In this document: positions 59,854 through 64,000 of the stretch, one piece after another
How positions within the stretch are numbered: position 1 is the stretch's first letter
Layout: the number at the start of each line of letters is the position of its first letter
Assembly: GCA_051418035.1 (NCBI GenBank)
Contig: JBPRGE010000112.1
Location: 5,109 to 69,108, forward strand
DNA from: Candidatus Longimicrobiales bacterium M2_2A_002
Lineage (GTDB): Bacteria; Gemmatimonadota; Gemmatimonadetes; Longimicrobiales; RSA9
Reading direction: 5' to 3'
DNA length: 64,000 nucleotides
The notes under the pieces: model-generated
What the model was told of the DNA's origin: nothing
The model's input: the letters and a program-made list of their open reading frames with translations, nothing else
The model's database searches: none
Translations under genes and position numbers: made by a program

Positions 59854-61359
59854 TCAGGGCGCGGCGAGACGGCTCAGCGGGATCTCCATCAGCGCCACCG
59901 CGCTGTTCTGCGCGAGCTCCAGGATCTGGGCCGGGAAGATCCCCAGCAGCAGGACCGCCACCGCCGCGGCCACCAGGGCGACGCGCAGCCCCGGCGAGAC
60001 CGTGATCTCCCGGTCGGCCACCGCCGCGTCCGCCTCCCGGAACCACATGTACCACGCCACCCGCAGGTAGGAGTAGTACGACACGAGCGACGTCAGCACG
60101 AGCGTCACGGCCAGCCAGATGTAGCGCTGCTCCACGGCCGCCCGGAGGATCGCGAACTTGCCCCAGAACCCGCCGGTGGGCGGCACGCCGGCCAGCGACA
60201 GGAGGAAGACCGTCATGGTGATCCCCACCACCGGGACCTTCCACCCGAGGCCGCCGTACTCGGCGATCCCGAGCCGGAGCTCGTGCTTCCGGGCGACCAT
60301 GAAGACCACCGCGAAGGCGCCCATGGTCATGAGCGTGTAGACCACCAGGTAGTAGAGGAACGAGGCCGCGCCCAGCGCGGTGGCCGTGGCTACGGCCACC
60401 AGCAGGTAGCCGGCGTGGGCGATGCTCGAGTAGGCCAGCATCCGCTTGACGCTGTCCTCCCAGAGCGCGATCAGGTTCGCCGCGATCATGGTCACAAAAG
60501 CCAGCACGGCCACGGCGGCGAACCACACCTCGTACATGCCCAGCAGCCCGGTGAAGAAGACCCGGAGCAGCGCCGCGAACGCCGCGGCCTTCACGGCCGC
60601 CGCCATGAACCCGGTCACCGGGGCCGGCGCACCCTCGTACGCGTCCGGCGTCCACATGTGGAACGGCACGGCCGCCACCTTGAACCCGAAGCCCACCAGC
60701 AGGAGCCCGATCCCGCCCTTCAGGAGCAGGTTGTCGCCGCCGCCGGCCTCCACGGCCTCGGCGACCAGCGTCAGGTTCACGCTCCCGGCGCCGCCGAAGA
60801 TCATGGCGATCCCGAAGAGGAAGAAGGCGCTCGAGAAGGCTCCGAGCAGGAAGTACTTCAGCGCCGCTTCGGCCGACCGCCGGTCCCGCCGGTTCACGCC
60901 CGTGAGGACGTACACCGCAACCGACATCAGCTCGAGCCCCAGGAAGATCAGCATCAGATCCCGGGTCCCGGCGAAGAACATCATCCCGACCGTGGACAGG
61001 AGCAGGAGCGCGAACAGCTCGCCGTGCCGCATCCGCTCGTCCCCCAGGTACTTCCAGGAGAGCGGGACGAACAGGATCGCCGCGCCCAGGAACAGGTAGT
61101 TCGTGTAGACCCGGAACGTGTCCAGCGCGATGGGGCCGGTATCCGATGCTTCCGCCAGCGTCAGCAGCCACGTGTTGGCCGCCACCGTCGTCACGAGCCC
61201 GAGGACCGTGAGCCACGCGATGCTCTCCCGGGCCGGGCCGCCTTCCTGGCCCCGCTGAAACACGTCCACCATGAGGATCAGGAGCGCCCATGCCGAGAGC
61301 GTAACCTCCGGCATCAGCGCCCAGATGTAGTCCATGGACGACGCGTAATCAATCAGCAT
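59854..61359 (-). CDS. nuoN: NADH-quinone oxidoreductase subunit N
   Basis: EAALKYFLLG, FKVAAVPFHMWTPDAYEGAP, KRMLAYSSIAHAGY. Confidence 0.96.
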   Translation of the reverse strand: MLIDYASSMDYIWALMPEVTLSAWALLILMVDVFQRGQEGGPARESIAWLTVLGLVTTVAANTWLLTLAEASDTGPIALDTFRVYTNYLFLGAAILFVPLSWKYLGDERMRHGELFALLLLSTVGMMFFAGTRDLMLIFLGLELMSVAVYVLTGVNRRDRRSAEAALKYFLLGAFSSAFFLFGIAMIFGGAGSVNLTLVAEAVEAGGGDNLLLKGGIGLLLVGFGFKVAAVPFHMWTPDAYEGAPAPVTGFMAAAVKAAAFAALLRVFFTGLLGMYEVWFAAVAVLAFVTMIAANLIALWEDSVKRMLAYSSIAHAGYLLVAVATATALGAASFLYYLVVYTLMTMGAFAVVFMVARKHELRLGIAEYGGLGWKVPVVGITMTVFLLSLAGVPPTGGFWGKFAILRAAVEQRYIWLAVTLVLTSLVSYYSYLRVAWYMWFREADAAVADREITVSPGLRVALVAAAVAVLLLGIFPAQILELAQNSAVALMEIPLSRLAAP

Positions 61360-63025
61360 GACGGGCCTCCGCCTCGGACGTCGCGGCCACCTTCATCTCT
61401 CCGTCCTCTTCCCGTTCTGGGGGTTCCACCCGTAGCTCCACGTCGTCGTTCAAGGACATGCCCCGGTCGACCAGGTCCCGCGTCGTCATGTACGGCGGCA
61501 GTACGTCGGCCGGCAGGTCACCGTGTCGCTCCACCGTGTCCAGCAGCGCGTCCACCGACCGCTCCGTGCGGTCGAGGAACGGCTTCGGATAGACGCCCAT
61601 CCAGATCATGATCACGACCATCGGGACCAGCACCGTCAGCTCCCGGCCGCTCAGGTCCGGCAGGTCCTGGTTCTCCGGCCGGTCCGGCGCGTTGAACCAG
61701 ATCTTCTGGACCATGGGCAGCATGTAGTACGCGGCGAAGATCACGCCCAGCGCCGCGATCACGGCGATCACCGGGTGCGTCTGGAACGTGCCCAGCAGCG
61801 TCAGGAACTCGCCGACGAACCCGCTCGTGCCCGGCAGCCCGATGCTCGCCAGCGCGGTGATCACGAAGAGCGTCCCGAACACCGGCATGGTCGCCGCGAG
61901 TCCGCCGAACTCCGCGATGGTCCGCGTGTGCCTCCGCTCGTACAGCATCCCGAGCAGGAGGAACATGGCCCCTGTGGAGACGCCGTGGCTCAGCATCACG
62001 ATCATGGCCCCCTGGACCCCCTGCACCGTCAGAGCGAAGATCCCGAGCACCACGAAGCCCATGTGGGCCACCGACGTGTACGCGATCATTTTCTTCGCGT
62101 CCGGCTGCACGGCCGCGACCCACGCGGCGTAGGTGATCCCGGCCAGCCCGAGGACCAGTATGATCATCACGATGGTCGGCTCGGTGGAGGCCCACGGGAA
62201 GAAGGGCAGCAGGAACCGGAGGAACCCGTACGCGCCCACCTTCAGCAGCACGGCCGCCAGCACCACGGACCCGGGCGTCGGCGCCTGCACGTGCGCGTCG
62301 GGCAGCCAGGTGTGGAACGGCACCATGGGCACCTTGATGGCGAACGCCAGCGCGAACGCCGCGAACAGCCACGTCTGCTCCTGCATGCTGAGCGTGAGAT
62401 TCAGCAGGTCGACGTACGCGAAGCTCAGTTCGCCCGTGGCCGCCTGGTACTTGAAGAACAGGTACAGGATCCCGACCAGCATCAGGAGCGAGCCCACGGC
62501 CGTGTAGAGGAAGAACTTGATGGCGGCGTAGACCCGTCGCTCCCCGCCCCAGACGCCGATGATGAAGTACATCGGCACCAGCATGAGCTCCCAGAACACG
62601 AAGAACAGGAAGAGGTCGAGGGCCACGAAGACCCCGATGATCCCCACCTGCAGCAGGAGCATCATCCCGTAGAAGGTCCGCTCCTTCTCGGTGATGTACT
62701 TGAACGAGCCGAGGATCGTCAGCGGCATGAGGAACGTGGTCAGGAGCACCAGCAGTACGCTGACCCCGTCGATCCCCACCCGGTAGTAAATGCCCCAGCT
62801 CTCGATCCAGGGTATGGCGGCCTCGAACTGGAACGCGGCCGTCCCCGCATCGAACATGAACCACAGGGGGACGGAGACCACGAACTCCACAAAGGCCACG
62901 CCCAGCGCGACCTCCTTCGCCCGGCTCGCCGGCCCGAGCATGACCAGCGCCATGCCCACCAGCGGGAACCAGAGGAGGACGTGAAGGGCCCAGCCGCCGT
63001 ACCCGATCGCCTCGAGGAATCCCAT
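61349..63025 (-). CDS. nuoM: NADH-quinone oxidoreductase subunit M
   Basis: FWELMLVPMY, AIKVPMVPFHTWLPDAH, GLPGTSGFVGE. Confidence 0.96.
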   Translation of the reverse strand: MGFLEAIGYGGWALHVLLWFPLVGMALVMLGPASRAKEVALGVAFVEFVVSVPLWFMFDAGTAAFQFEAAIPWIESWGIYYRVGIDGVSVLLVLLTTFLMPLTILGSFKYITEKERTFYGMMLLLQVGIIGVFVALDLFLFFVFWELMLVPMYFIIGVWGGERRVYAAIKFFLYTAVGSLLMLVGILYLFFKYQAATGELSFAYVDLLNLTLSMQEQTWLFAAFALAFAIKVPMVPFHTWLPDAHVQAPTPGSVVLAAVLLKVGAYGFLRFLLPFFPWASTEPTIVMIILVLGLAGITYAAWVAAVQPDAKKMIAYTSVAHMGFVVLGIFALTVQGVQGAMIVMLSHGVSTGAMFLLLGMLYERRHTRTIAEFGGLAATMPVFGTLFVITALASIGLPGTSGFVGEFLTLLGTFQTHPVIAVIAALGVIFAAYYMLPMVQKIWFNAPDRPENQDLPDLSGRELTVLVPMVVIMIWMGVYPKPFLDRTERSVDALLDTVERHGDLPADVLPPYMTTRDLVDRGMSLNDDVELRVEPPEREEDGEMKVAATSEAEARHAD

Positions 63026-63029
63026 GACG

Positions 63030-64000
63030 CTACAGCCCCACGACGCTCAGGAGGATCAGGAGCGCTCCCACCGCGATGGCGAAAGCGTACGTGTTCAGAG
63101 TGCCCGTCTGGAGTCGTGACCCGATCCAGCCGAGCCCGCGGGCGAGCACCCCGGCACCGTTTACCATCCCATCGATCAACCCGTCATCGATGAAGCGCCA
63201 CGCGCCGCGGGACAGCCGGATGATGGGCTGCACCACCACGGCGTCGTAGATCTCGTCCACGTAGTACTTGTTGTACAGCACCTTCGCGAAGCCCTCGAAC
63301 TCGGGGCTCTCGGCCGCCGGCCGGTACTCCCGGCTCTTGAGCCAGCGCGACGTCACGAGGATCACCGCCACGGCCAACCCGAAGGAGAGGAACGCCCAGA
63401 ACAGCTCGCCACCGCCCAGCGGTGCCGAGTGGGCCAGCTCGCCGACGTTCGCCTCGAAGACGTGATCGGCCTCCGCCGTCAGCGGCTGCAGCCACTCGTG
63501 CAGCCACTCCGAGTGCGGGATGATCCCGAGGAGCGCGTTCTCGCCGATGGCGTGGGGCACGTTGATCCAGCCGCCCACGACGGACGCCACCGCCAGCACG
63601 CCGACCGGGACCCACATGACCGCCGGGGCCCCGTGGATGTGTTTGCCCCCTTCCCCGCTCCGGTTCTCGCCGTGGAACGTCATGATCATCAGCCGCGTTA
63701 TGTAGAACGCCGTCAGCAGCGCCGCGACCAGCGCCAGGACCCAGACCAGGGTGAACCATCCCTCGAAGGGCCCGATGGCCCGGGCGGCGGCCTGCCAGAT
63801 GATCTCGTCCTTGCTGAAGAAGCCGGCGAACGGCCACACGCCGGCGATGGCCAGCGTGGCGATCCACATGAAGATCCACGTCTTCGGCATGAACTTCCGG
63901 AGCCCGCCCATGTTCCGCATGTCCTGGGCGTCCCAGTCGTCCTGGTGCGTGTGGTGAAACGCCTCGTGCATGGCGTGGATCACCGCTCCGGCCCCCAGGA
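63030..64000 (-). CDS. nuoL: NADH-quinone oxidoreductase subunit L (C-terminal part)
   Basis: LGAGAVIH, QDMRNMGGL, FAGFFSKDEI, NKYYVDEIY, LQTG; 5' end outside window. Confidence 0.95.
   Translation of the reverse strand, partial: LGAGAVIHAMHEAFHHTHQDDWDAQDMRNMGGLRKFMPKTWIFMWIATLAIAGVWPFAGFFSKDEIIWQAAARAIGPFEGWFTLVWVLALVAALLTAFYITRLMIMTFHGENRSGEGGKHIHGAPAVMWVPVGVLAVASVVGGWINVPHAIGENALLGIIPHSEWLHEWLQPLTAEADHVFEANVGELAHSAPLGGGELFWAFLSFGLAVAVILVTSRWLKSREYRPAAESPEFEGFAKVLYNKYYVDEIYDAVVVQPIIRLSRGAWRFIDDGLIDGMVNGAGVLARGLGWIGSRLQTGTLNTYAFAIAVGALLILLSVVGL

Overview
GC-rich bacterial chromosome segment. Gene order and protein style suggest Gemmatimonadota (inference, not tested). Positions 1-~6.7 kb are the right end of an integrated phage-satellite/P4-like element, all on the minus strand: tyrosine integrase, Zn-ribbon protein, an RHH protein fused to a duplicated primase N-terminus, TOPRIM-D5 primase-helicase, an 86-bp palindromic origin candidate, excisionase-like HTH and SSB. 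It abuts the 5' end of tRNA-Arg(CCT). The rest is core genome: ccmABCDEFGH-lgt, outer-membrane proteins, a dif-like XerCD site at 18861-18888 where gene polarity largely flips, a surface-glycan modification cluster, rpoN-lptBAC-kdsDCA-pyrG-kdsB, xerD, ispF, the fab/plsX/rpmF cluster, ndk, EIIA-CBS, sucCD, carbamate kinase, UPF0182, PMM/PGM and nuoNML. The best novelty candidates are in the element: the RHH-primase-N-terminus fusion from a diverged 324-bp duplication, a long structured leader with alternative pairings, and a 14-bp box shared by the att-side arm region and the xis upstream region. All calls come from manual reading and motif recognition; no searches were run.
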